Shown here: positions 16,773 to 39,899 of the stretch, one piece after another | Position numbering within the stretch: position 1 is the first letter of the stretch | Layout of the letters: every line of letters starts with the position of its first letter | Assembly: GCF_009914755.1 (NCBI RefSeq) | Contig: NC_060934.1 | Source: the human T2T-CHM13v2.0 reference genome, Homo sapiens | Length of the DNA stretch: 64,000 nucleotides | Direction: 5' to 3' (one strand) | Program-made: the position numbers and the translations under genes | Notes under the pieces: generated by a model | What the model saw: only the letters and a program-made list of their open reading frames with translations | Database searches by the model: none | What the model was told of the DNA's origin: nothing

Positions 16773-18653
16773 TAACCATGCCTGGCTAATTTTTCTGTTT
16801 TTAGTAGAGACAGTTTCACCATGTTGGCCAGGCTGGTCTCAAATTTCTGACCTCAGGTGATCCACCTGCCTCCCAAAGTGTTGGAATTACAGGCGTGAGC
16901 CACCACACCTGGCTGGATGTATCTCTGTAATATAATAATTTATATATTTTTGGGTATATACTCAGTAATGAGATTGCTGGGTCAAATGGCATTTCTGCCT
17001 ACAATGGTTGAACTACTTTTCACTCCCACCAATGGTGTAAAAACGTTCCTTTTCCTCCACAACATTGCTAGCATCTGTTGTTTTTTGACTTTTTAATAAT
17101 AGCCCTGCTGACTAGGAGATCCTTTTAACTTTTTGATGTGGGCATTTAGCACTAAATGTTTCCCTCTTAACACTGCTTTAGCTGTGTCCCAGAGATTCTG
17201 GTATGCTTTATCTTTGTTCTCATTAGTTTCAAAGAGCTTCTTGATTTCTGCCTTGATTTCATTGTTTACCCAAAATTCATTCAGGAGCATGTTGTTTAAT
17301 TTCCATGTAATTGTATGGTTTTGAGTGATATTCTTAGTATTGATTTATATTTTTATTGCACTGTGGTTCAGGAGTGTGGTTGGTATGATTTTGATTTTTT
17401 TGAATTTGCTGAGAATTGTTTCATGGTCAGTTGTGTGGCCTATTTTACTGTATGTGCCATGTGGCAATAAGAATATACATTCTGTTGTTTTGGGGTGGAG
17501 CATTCTGTAGATGTCTACTAGGCCCATTTGGTCATGTGTCAAGTTCTAGTTCCAAACATCTTTGTTAGTTTCTGCCTTGATGATCTGTCTAATGCTGTCA
17601 GTGGGGTGTTGAAGTTTCCCACTATTATTGTGCAGTTATCTGAGTCTCTTTGCAGGTCTCTAAGAGCTTGCTTTATGAACTAGGTGCTTCTGTATTTGGT
17701 GCATAAATATTTAGGATGGTCTGGTCTTCTTGTTGAAGTGAACCTTTACTATTATGTAATGCCTTTTGTGTGTTTTTTTGATCTTTGTTGGGTTGAAGGC
17801 TGTTTTGTCTGTAATTGGAATAGCATCTTCTGCTTTTTTGTGTATGTTTTCCGTTTACTTGGTAGATTTTTCTCTGCAAATGTACTTTTTGCCTATGGGT
17901 GTCATTGCGTGTGAGGTGGAGCTCTTGAAGACAGCATACAGTTGAGTCTTACTTTTTTATCCAACTTGCCACTCTGTGCCTTTCAACTGTGGCAGTTAGC
18001 CCATTTACAGTCAAGGTTAATATTGACATGTACAGGTTTGATCCTGTCATCATATTGTTAGCTGCTTGTTATACAGCCTTTTGTGTGTGTGTGTGTGTAT
18101 GATTGCTTTATAGTGTCACTGATCTGTGTACTTAAGTGTGTTTTTGTGGTGGCCAGTAATGACATTTTCTTTCCGTATTTAGCACTCCTTTCAGGACCTC
18201 TTGTAGGATAGGTCTTGTAATAAATTCTCTTAGCATTTGCTTGTCTTTTTGAAAAGGATCTTATTTTTTCTTCAGTTGTGAAGCTTAGTTTGGCTGGATA
18301 TGAAATTCTTGGTTGGAATTTCTTTTCTTTGAGAATGCTGAATATGAGCCCCCAGTCTGGCTTGTAAGGTTTCTGCGAAAAAGTCTACTGTTAGCCTGAT
18401 GGGGTTCCCTTTCTAGGTGACCTGCCTTTAATATTTTTTCTTGCATTTCAACCTTGGAGAATCTGTGTGTCTGGGGGATGGTCATCTTGTATAGTATCTC
18501 ACAGAGGTTCTCTGCATTTTCTGAATTTGAATGTCAGCCTCTGTAGGTGAGGTTGGGGAATTTTCAAGGACAGTATCCTGAAATATGTTTTCCAAGTTGC
18601 TTGCTTTCTCTCCCTCTCTTTCAGAGACACCAATGAGACTTAGATTTCATGTC

Positions 18654-21210
<2,557 letters not shown>

Positions 21211-21935
21211 ATCTCATATTTTTTTGGAGGTTTTGTTCATTCTTCTTTTATCTTTCTTCTTTATTTTTGTCTGAATGAGTTATTTTGGAGAACTGGTCTT
21301 CAAGCTCTGAGATTCTTTCCTCAGCTTGGTTTATTCTGCTGTTAATACTTATGATTGCATTATAATATTCTTGCAGTGGTTTTTCAGCTCCATCATGGTA
21401 GCTAGTTTGTTTCTTAAGATGGCCGTCTCATCTTTTATCTTACAAGTCATCTGTTAATTCCCTGTGGTCATTTGATTTTTCAATTGGTTGCCTTTAAACC
21501 TAGGTTCATGGCTTAAAACTATTTTGCAAACTGAGATTATCATGTTACTATTAGTTTACTTGAGGCTTCCAAGAAGAGACAGTTTTTATGCAATCACTGT
21601 AAAATGGGGAGCTCTAGAAGCCAGGTTTCTACACACGGTTACTTGTTTTTTCTTGTGTTTTTACCTGTAACTTGTTAAATTTCTGCAGAAGTGCAATTCT
21701 TAACAGAAGAATGCTGGCCCAGCACTTTGAGATTATAGCCATTACCTACAGAACAGACAAAATTAACTTAACAGTAAACTCCAGGAAGACAGCCTGGGGA
21801 CCACTTTTCTGAAACTTCCTTCTTGCTCAGATGTGGCTAAAAGGGTTTTGGCACTGACTCCTAGTCACTGATCACTTCCTTCTAATGTGGGACCAGTAAA
21901 AATCAAACAGGGAATGCTTCTTAGACCAAGAGACC

Positions 21936-23519
21936 TCAGTATTTACTTAAATGAGTTGAAAACTTATTTCTACACAAAAACCTGCACATGGATGATTTTA
22001 ACAACTTTTTATTTGTCATTGCCAAATACTGGAAGCAACTAACATGTCTTTCAATAGGTGAATAAACAAACAAAGTGGTAAATCCATGCAATGGAATATT
22101 GCTTATTGTTAAAAAGGAATGAGCTGTCAAGCCATTAAAAGACATGGGGCAAACATATGCATCCCAGTAACTAAAATAAACTAACCTGAAAAGGCTATAT
22201 ACTGTATGATTCTATCTATATGACATTCTGGAAAAGGCAAAACTATGGTGACACTAAAATATTATATTTTTTGCGAAGGGCTTGGGGAAAGAGAGGAAAG
22301 AATAGGCAGAGCATAGAGGACTTTTAGGGGATTGAAACTATTCTGTATGCTACTAACGTGCTGCATACATGTCATACATTATATATGAACCCTATATAAG
22401 CTGGACTTTGTTGATGGTGATGTGTCAATATGGGTCTATTGATTGTAGTTATGAAACCTTACTGCTGAGAGTAACTAATTGTGGGGGAGGTTATCTGTGG
22501 GTGAGAGGAGGGAGTATGTGGGAACTGTGTACTTTCCACTTAGTTTTGCTGGGAACCCAAAACAATCCTAAAAAATAAATTCTGCTAATTAAAAAATCCC
22601 CACTGTAATCTACAATTGCTGCCAAGCTGAGGTTTGCATTATTCTGTGACTGTGGAGGGCTTAATGCTGATACTCTCCTGATCATTTTGATTGAGATGTG
22701 TGTTTTACAGGATGGGATGCACAGTATCATTAAACTGGGAGTTGAAAAACTGAAATTCTCACACACTTTCGCATTGGTGGTACTTTATCTCATTGGGTCA
22801 CCAAATGCTCATTCCTTAAAAATGAATCAAAATTAAAGGCCCCCTCTATCTTTAACTTATCTATGATTCCTTCATTCTATAAAAGGTCCAGGCAGGAGAC
22901 TTAGTTCATCAAAAGGGAGGAGGGCAAATCAGGGACACTCACCTCTCAAGGAATAAAATAATTGCTGTAAAGAGAGCAATTGAGCTTATTTTATCCAAAA
23001 TAAGGTGGTGTAGTTGCAGTTCTTCTAGAATTTGGAGGTATGGGAGTTAGGCAGTAACCCTTCACCCTGGGTACAGAATTAACTAAGATCTAGACTCACT
23101 CAAGTACTAAAGGTGTATAAAACTATACTCTCTGACCCCCTTTTTAGTCGATTGGCACTGTAATTATTAACTAAATTAATATTTACTTTGCAAGTCACTC
23201 ACTAGGCTGAATCACGAAATATCGAAACACAGTACACAATCAGTCAATGTTAGCAAACCCAGTTGAACTGAATGTTTTATTTCGGAGAAAGGGTGCAAGA
23301 CTCAGATGTTATGGGTTCCATAGCACCTGCAGACACCATGTACTTACTTGGTCAAGATATTGAATTTCTGAGGCCCAGATTCTTCATCCCTAAAATAAGA
23401 ATACTTTTACATGAGGCAAAAGTAATTGAGAGAATAAAGAGGAATATGATGTGTATGAAAATTGTATGTTAATTGTCAGAATCCCTGTAAACGTGACTGA
23501 TAAAACATTGTGTAACTGC

Positions 23520-23520
<1 letters not shown>
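21936..23520 (+). promoter_or_regulatory. Diverged, exon-less duplicate of the CYP2C19 distal upstream region (~34720-36345)
   Basis: Collinear shared blocks such as gtgactgtggagggcttaatg, aactgggagttgaaaaactg, caagtactaaagg, ctgaatcacgaaata, tgaactgaatgtttt and agaatccctgt. Confidence 0.85.
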
Positions 23521-27310
<3,790 letters not shown>

Positions 27311-27399
27311 GTGTGTGTGAGAGGGAAGCATTATGTTTCTGCCTATCTAGGACACGGAGCTGGTGCAGCCCAGTTGCCCTTCACAGAGACATCAGTGAA

Positions 27400-28410
27400 T
27401 CTTACTAGGAGCTCCTCTCAGCCATACTCATCAAATCCCGTGCCTGTGCTCATCACTGAGGTATTTATGGGCAAGCCAGCTTTGCCCAGCTGTGGCCCTG
27501 CATCCCCACAGAACAGGAAGCTCAGGGAACTGGGTACTCCAATGTCCAGCCTATCACCTTAAACAACAGAGAACATCTCACAGTAAACAAAGATCCACTA
27601 CATACCCATCTGCTTGTGCCACAGCTGGTTCTTACCTGTAAGTGCCATCTACTTGCTTGTAAGTTGAGTCAGACAGTTTAATGTAAAATCTGCCGACAGA
27701 GGGCATAGGGCTGTAGAAGAAAAGCCAAAAGACCTTGCCCAATATACTCTACAGTCACACCCCATAGGAAGGGAGGGAAGAATAAAGGAAAAGAAAAAAA
27801 TAATAGGAAAAGAAAAAATTCTATCCACAGAAAAATAATCTAAAAAATTAAAAGTGGCAGCCTCTCCAAATAAGAAGGAACCATCATGAGAATTCTGATA
27901 CCATGAAATATCTGAATCTTGTAAAGCACCAAAAGATCATGCTAGCTCCCCAGAAATGAACCCTAAGCAAAATGGGGACTCAGAAATGACATATAAAGAA
28001 TTCAAAATATAGATTGCAAGGAAGATCAGTGAAATTCAAGACAAGAATGAAAATCAACACAAAAAAACTACTAAAGCAATCTGGGAAATGAAGAAAAAGA
28101 TAAACATCTTTAAAAAAATCAATCAGAATTCTGGAATTGAAAAATTCACTTAAAGAATTTCAGAATACAATGGAAAAATTTATCAATAGAGTAGACCAAG
28201 CTGAAGAAAGAATTTCAGGGTCTGAAGACCACTCTTTTGAACTAACCCAGTCAGATAGAAATAAAGAATTAAAAAAATGAAGAAAGGGTTTGATTAATAT
28301 GTGATTATGTCTAGCAACCAAACCTATGAATTATTGGCATTCCTGTGAGAGAAGATAAAGTAAACAACATGGAAAATGTATTTAAGGGAATACTTCAAAA
28401 ACTTTTTCAA
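27400..28410 (+). mobile_element. Old L1 5'/ORF1 fragment
   Basis: gaccaagctgaagaaagaatttcag and ttggcattcctg ORF1-like sequence. Confidence 0.65.
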
Positions 28411-28419
28411 GAAAAAAGA

Positions 28420-29797
<1,378 letters not shown>

Positions 29798-29967
29798 TTT
29801 TTGAGGTAGGAAGTATTTATTGAAAATTGCATAAAACACTGCATTTTAAAATGTAACATGATTTCATTTCAAATATAATTTTAACAGATATGGAATTGTA
29901 AATTTATTGACAATTATTAGGAAGTGCCTTCTTGTTGTATATTGATTGATGATATTATTCTTTCTAG

Positions 29968-33695
<3,728 letters not shown>

Positions 33696-33719
33696 CCTCT
33701 ATTTTTATTATTTTTTATC

Positions 33720-35370
33720 TTTAGATATTAACAGTCTGATTGTAAAGTTTATATGGAGAGGCCAAAAAACCCAGAACAGCCAATGTTAAGGAGAACAAAA
33801 TCAAGTGATTAACCTTGTCTGATTCAACTTCAAGACTTATTATGAAGCTGCAGTAATCAAGACAATGTGAAATTGGTGAAGAAACAGTCAAATAGATTAA
33901 TGCAAGTGAGTAAAGAGCCTGAAATAGATAATCAGAAATACAGCCAACTGATCTTTGAAAAAAAAGCAAAGGCAATTCAATGGGGAATAATAGTCTTTTC
34001 CACAAAGACTAATGGAGTAACTGGAGATTCACATACAGAAAAATGAATCTGGAAATAGACCTTACATCTTTAACGCAAGTTAACTAAAAATATATTATAG
34101 ATCTAAATACTAAATGCAAAACTATGAAACTCTGGTAATATAAGGTAGGAGAAAATAAAGATGACCTTGATCTGGCAATGGTTTTTAAAATACTACAATG
34201 AAGGCACAATCCATGAAATAAAGAATAACTAAGCTGGCCTTTATTAAAATTTAAAACTTCTACTCCACAAAAGATAGTATCAAGGGAATAAGATGACAAG
34301 ACACAGACTGGGATAAATATTTTTCAAAAGATATATCTGATAAATGATGGCTATCCAAAATTTTTAAAATTCAACAATTAGAAATCAGACACCTTGATTA
34401 AAAAAATGGGCAACGGGTCTGAACAGACACCTCACCAAGAAGACATACAGATACCAAATAAATATATGAAAAGTACTAATCATTAAATGTCATTAGGGAA
34501 CTGCAAGCTAAAACCCCGATGACATACTATTACACACTTATACACTGGCTAAAATTCAAAACACTGATAGAACCAAACACTGGCAAGGATATGCAGCAAG
34601 GAGAACTATTAGTCATTGCTGGTGGAAATGCAAAATGGTACAGACACTTCAGGAGACAGTTGGGCAGTATCTAATAAAACTAAAATATGTTTACTATATT
34701 ATCTAGTAGTTGTGCTCCTTGGCATTTGCCAAATGAATTGAAAATATATTTCCACACAAAAATCTGCACATGGATGTTTATAGCAGTTTTATTCATCATT
34801 GTCAAAAATTAGAAATCACCAAGATGTTCTTCAATAGATAAATGAATAGACAACATGGTAAACCTATACAATGAATGTTATTTAGTGTTAAAAGAAATGA
34901 ACTATCAAGCCATGAAAAGACATGGAGAAATTTTATACATATTAGTAAGTTAAATCTTAAAAGGCTACATACTGTATGATTCCAAACATATGACATTCTG
35001 GAAAAGGCAAAACTATGCCAACACTGCAAAGATTATTTGTTGCTAGGGCTCGTGAGGAAGAGAGGGTGAACAGGTAGAGCACAGAGGGTTTTAAGGGCAG
35101 TAAAGCTATTTTATATGATACTACAATGGTGGATACATGTCATTATGCATTAGTCAAATCCCATAGAATGTACAACACAAAGAATGAACCCCACAGAAAC
35201 TATGAGCTTTGGTTGTTGATGTGTCAATGTTGGTTCATTGATTGTAACCTATGAGAGTTCTTGATTGTGAGAGGCTGTGTGTGGGTGCAGGGAAAGAGGC
35301 ATGTGGTAATTATATACTTTCCACTTTCCACTTAGTGTTGCTGGAAACCCCAAACTGCTGTTAAGAAATA
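33720..35370 (+). mobile_element. Old L1M 3' fragment
   Basis: Diverged ORF2 end and L1M 3' UTR (tatgacattctggaaaaggcaaaactat). Confidence 0.75.
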
Positions 35371-35581
35371 CATTTTTCTAAAGCCTACTTTAACCCACCA
35401 TTCTAGTCAAGCTGAGGTTTGTATTACCCAGTGACTGTGGAGGGCTTAATGTTGATACTCCCCTGATCACTTGGACTGAGATGTGAATTCTATGAGACGG
35501 GATGTGATATGTCACTGAACTGGGAGTTGAAAAACTGTGATTCTAAGTCTTATACTGAGGCATTGTGATACTTTGTCTCAC

Positions 35582-35855
35582 TGAGTCAACAATTGCTCAT
35601 TTAAAAAAAAAATCAATTCCTGTTTAGAATAGTTGATCTCAGAGATCCCTTTTGTCTTCAAATTATCTATAATTCTTTCATAGTATAAACTGAAAGATCT
35701 AGGGAGGAGCCTCAACTTAGCAGAAGAGAGGAGGAGCAGAACTGGAACACCTAGCTCTCAAGGAATGAAATGATTATTCTAAAGAGAGCAACCAAGCTTA
35801 TCTTACCCAAACTAAGGTAGTATATTTCTGTTAGAGTTTAAAGTTACGTGAGTCA
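35582..35855 (+). promoter_or_regulatory. Two AP-1 consensus sites, TGAGTCA at 35582-35588 and 35849-35855
   Basis: Exact consensus, in positions similar to AP-1 sites described upstream of CYP2C9. Confidence 0.55.
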
Positions 35856-35939
35856 GGGACCAAGTTATTGCTTTTCTTTGCCCTGTATAAAGGGTTCTCC
35901 AAGGCCTTGGACTCACCCAAGTACTAAAGGTTATAAAAC

Positions 35940-35955
35940 CAAACTCTTCTGACCC
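35940..35955 (-). promoter_or_regulatory. CAR/PXR DR4 response element (-1892/-1877)
   Basis: CAAACT-cttc-TGACCC (GGGTCA-n4-AGTTTG on the - strand) at the described CYP2C19 CAR/PXR element position. Confidence 0.88.
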
Positions 35956-36080
35956 CCAATCTAGTCAACTTGGGCTGTAATTATTAATGAAATTAATATT
36001 TATTTTGAAAATCATTTACTAGACTGAATCACGAAATACTGAACCATTGTACACAATCAGTAAATATCTGTGGACTCAAT

Positions 36081-36095
36081 TGAACTGAATGTTTT
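36081..36095 (+). promoter_or_regulatory. Glucocorticoid response element (about -1750)
   Basis: TGAACT-gaa-TGTTTT imperfect palindrome at the described CYP2C19 GRE position. Confidence 0.85.
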
Positions 36096-37644
36096 GCTTG
36101 AAATGAAACCTTCAAGATGCAGGGCTTATGAATTCTAGTCTCAGCTCTAGCACCAGCAGACACCATGTTCTTGGCTACAGTACTGAATCTTCAAGGCTCA
36201 GCCTCCTCATTCCTGAGATGGGTCAATTTTATTGTAAGCAAAGGCAATTGAGAGATTCCAAAGGGATATGAGGTGTGAGAATTCTCTCTAAATGGGGTTA
36301 GAATCCCTGTTAAAAATGACCAGTGAAACATTGTGCAATTGTGTCTTAACATAACTTACTTTTTCTTAATAAGAGAACTGGAAATAACCTCATTAGGAAA
36401 TTTAGAACAAATACGATGATATCTTTAAAGAAAATGGCTTTGTGTAAGTATTGTCGTTAGTGATCTAGTAATGTGTATCTTTCTGGTTGTATTTAGACCT
36501 TCAACTCAAATGTCAGCTCCCGTTAAGGTCTATACATTGTGGTGGTTTTGTGCTGTGGGTCCATTTAGTGATTTCCCTACCTCCCATCCTCTATTAGATT
36601 CACAACTGTTGTTCTGCCCATAATTTCCTATGCTTGCTTTGCATTGTTACATTTTTTTTTGAAAATCAGAAAGCAAAATCAATATAAAGCAGCCATGTCT
36701 GGAGGAGACCAGGAGGTCAAGAAGCCTTAGTTTCTCAAGCCCTTAGCACCAAATTCTCTGAGATCAGCTCTTCCTTCAGTTACACTGAGCGTTTCCCCTC
36801 TGCAGTGATGGAGAAGGGAGAACTCTTATTTTTTCTCATGAGCATCTCTGGGGCTGTTTTCCTTAGATAAATAAGTGGTTCTATTTAATGTGAAGCCTGT
36901 TTTATGAACAGGATGAATGTGGTATATATTCAGAATAACTAATGTTTGGAAGTTGTTTTGTTTTGCTAAAACAAAGTTTTAGCAAACGATTTTTTTTTTC
37001 AAATTTGTGTCTTCTGTTCTCAAAGCATCTCTGATGTAAGAGATAATGCGCCACGATGGGCATCAGAAGACCTCAGCTCAAATCCCAGTTCTGCCAGCTA
37101 TGAGCTGTGTGGCACCAACAGGTGTCCTGTTCTCCCAGGGTCTCCCTTTTCCCATTTGAAATATAAAAAATAACAATTCCTGCCTTCACGTGTTTTTTTA
37201 GGGGGTTAAATGGTAAAGGTGTTTATATCTGCTAAGGTAATTTACTTGATATATGTTTGGTTATTGAAGATATATGAGTTATGTTAGCTATTTCATGTTT
37301 AGGCTGCTGTATTTTTAGTAGGCTATATTAAATAGAGGATTTCATTATAAAGGACAAAGTCTCCTAATCTTCGATATAGGATTGACATACTTTTTAAATA
37401 TACAAGGCATAGAATATGGCCATTTCCGTTAAATCATAAATTCCCAACTGGTTATTAATCTAAGAATTCAGAATTTTAAGTAATTGTTTTTGCATCAGAT
37501 TGTTTACTTCAGTGCTCTCAATTATGACGGTGCATTGGAACCACTTGGGTTAACATTTTTTTGTTTTTATTACCAATACCTAGGCTTCAACCTAGTACAA
37601 TGAAACCAGAATGTACAGAGTGGGCACTGGGACGAAGGAGAACA

Positions 37645-37692
37645 AGACCAAAGGACATTTTATTTTTATCTCTATCAGTGGGTCAAAGTCCT
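37645..37692 (+). promoter_or_regulatory. Proximal promoter module: two HNF4A DR1 sites flanking a double GATA site
   Basis: AGACCAAAGGACA (37645-37657) and GGGTCAAAGTCCT (37680-37692) with TTTATC-TCTATC between them. Positions (about -187 and -152) match described CYP2C9/2C19 elements. Confidence 0.85.
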
Positions 37693-37775
37693 TTCAGAAG
37701 GAGCATATAGTGGGCCTAGGTGATTGGCCACTTTATCCATCAAAGAGGCACACACACTTAATTAGCATGGAGTGT

Positions 37776-37782
37776 TATAAAA
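37776..37782 (+). promoter_or_regulatory. CYP2C19 TATA box
   Basis: TATAAAA about 56 nt upstream of the ATG. Confidence 0.85.
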
Positions 37783-37831
37783 AGCTTGGAGTGCAAGCTC
37801 ACGGTTGTCTTAACAAGAGGAGAAGGCTTCA

Positions 37832-37999
37832 ATGGATCCTTTTGTGGTCCTTGTGCTCTGTCTCTCATGTTTGCTTCTCCTTTCAATCTGGAGACAGAGC
37901 TCTGGGAGAGGAAAACTCCCTCCTGGCCCTACTCCTCTCCCAGTGATTGGAAATATCCTACAGATAGATATTAAGGATGTCAGCAAATCCTTAACCAAT
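37832..37999 (+). CDS. CYP2C19: CYP2C19 exon 1, coding part (168 bp; membrane anchor and PPGP hinge)
   Basis: [56 protein letters not shown]|gtaagt. The MDPF, SIW and IDIKDV residues distinguish it from CYP2C9. Confidence 0.97.
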
Positions 38000-38475
38000 G
38001 TAAGTATGCTCCTTCAGTGGCTTGCAAAAGGTAAGTAAATTCACCTGTATTTTTTAAATAAAGTATATCCCTAGAGGTACAATGTTACAAGAGATCATTG
38101 TAAAGTAAAATACTTTGAAAGGCTTTTGTTGCCTTTTCCAGTCTGTCAGTGTCAGAAATAGTGGAATGAAATAATATATTTTGTTATTAGAGAAAGATTT
38201 AGGTCTTTGCATGTTAAATTCAGAATAACAAACTGTCAATAGTTTGAAATGTTGTGTTCCTTCTTTATTTCATAGCCATTTGCTAGAATTTTTGGCTGAG
38301 GGTAAACAGTAAGGGAAGTGTTTGTTATTAGAGATTTTATTAAATAAGTCCTCTACTATATTAGCCATGTGTTTTATTCAGAATAGCCGTGAAAATTGAA
38401 CTTCTCTGAAGAAATAATTTATGCCTGTTGTAAAGGAAGCAGCTGTGGGTTTAGGACCAGCAAAAGCAGATAAGC

Positions 38476-38544
38476 GGTAGATAAGAAGTTATAGACTTCA
38501 ATTATTAGATCCACAAACTAATGTTTTAATTAAGCTATAGCTAC
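38476..38544 (-). pseudogene. NUMT: mitochondrial tRNA-His pseudogene
   Basis: Reverse complement GTAGCTATAGCTTAATTAAAACATTAGTTTGTGGATCTAATAATTGAAGTC...CTTATCTACC (69 nt, GTG anticodon), directly after the ND4 3' end as in mtDNA. Confidence 0.8.
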
Positions 38545-38899
38545 AATATATAAACCCCAAAATGACCTTAGGGTTTAGTAATAGTAGAAAGAGGGTTAGA
38601 AGATGTATAAGCATTACGGTTTTTTCTTGAGTAAAAGATGTTTTAACAGTGTTAATATGATATGTGAATACACCTCATTGTGTAGTTATTAGCATATACA
38701 GAGAGTAAAGGGCTGCGATTAGTATATTAAGCCTTATAAGCATGATGGTATGATCAGATCAAGAGAATGAGGCTGTAGTTATGAAGACTACTCCTACTAG
38801 ATTGATGGTAGGGGGCAGGGCAAGATTGGTGGGGCTAGTTAAGGGTCATCACTTTCAGGGAGAGCAGTGTTTGAAGGCCCCGTGTTATTAGTATGCTTT
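38545..38899 (-). pseudogene. NUMT: MT-ND4 pseudogene, 3' part
   Basis: Reverse complement aligns by eye to the ND4 C-terminus (GLQTLL...NLALPPTINL.G). Confidence 0.85.
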
Positions 38900-39650
38900 T
38901 GTGTCTGGAACTGGTTCTTTCCAGTGGGTTCTTGGTCTCGCTGACTTCAAGAATGAAGCCACGGACCCTCGTGGTGAGTGCTACAGTTCTTAAAGATATT
39001 GTGCCAGAGTTTGTTCCTTCAGATGTTCAGATGCATCTGGAGTTTCTTCCTTCTGCTGGGTTCATGGTCTTGCTGACTTCAGGAGTGAAGCCGCAGACCT
39101 TCGCAATGAGTGTTACAGCTCTTAAAGGTGGCATGTCTGGAGTTGTTCATTCCTCCTGGTGGGTTTCTGGTCTCGCTGGCTTCAGGAGTGAAGTTGCAGA
39201 CCTTTGCGGTGAGTGTTATAGCTCATAAAGGTAGTGTGGACCCAAAGAGTGAGCAGCAGCAAGATTTATTGTGAAGAGCAAAAGAACAAAGCTTCCACAG
39301 CATGGAAGGGGACCCAAGAGGGTTGCCGCTGCTGGCTCAGGTGGGCAGCTTTTATTCCCTTATTTGGCCCCACCCATGTCCTGCTGATTGGCCCATTTTA
39401 CAGAGTGCTGATTTGTCCATTTTGCAGAGTGCTGATTGATCTGTTTTTACAGAGTGCTGATTGGTGTGTTTACAAACCTTTAGCTAGACACAGAGAGCTG
39501 ATTGGTGCATTTTTACAGTGTTGATTGGTGCATCTGCAAACCTTTAGCTAGACACAGAGCACTGATTGGTGTGTTTACAATCCTTTAGCTAGACAGAAAA
39601 GTTCTCCAAGTCCCTACCTGACCCAGAAGCCCAGCCGGCTTCACCTCTCA
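38900..39650 (-). repeat. LTR12 3' LTR (751 bp)
   Basis: Homologous to 48350-49281; preceded on the - strand by a polypurine tract (aaaggggggat). Confidence 0.9.
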
Positions 39651-39899
39651 ATCCCCCCTTTAAACAGGACACCCCAACTGCTGTTGGGAATTCGGTGATG
39701 ACTGCTGTAGCTACTTCCTGCTGGAGAGGGGTGAAGAAGGGGTCCTGCAGTTGTAGTGTCCTCCGGAGGGGAACTCTTTAGGCCAGTGAAAGGGCCAGTG
39801 GGTCAGTCCAGGTGTCCTTGGAAGGAGTTGTTAGTTGAGCTCATTTGGGGTTCCATTTGTAAGACCATCTGTAGCTTGATGGCGTTGATCCTAGAGGAA

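Noticed and set aside
38476-38544. Functional tRNA-His gene
   Set aside because: Mitochondrial-type sequence inside a decayed NUMT, with no clear Pol III A/B boxes.
38930-39600. Regularly spaced repeats resembling a CRISPR array (also 48380-49230)
   Set aside because: They are the normal LTR12 U3/U5 tandem repeats, with no unique spacers, in human DNA.
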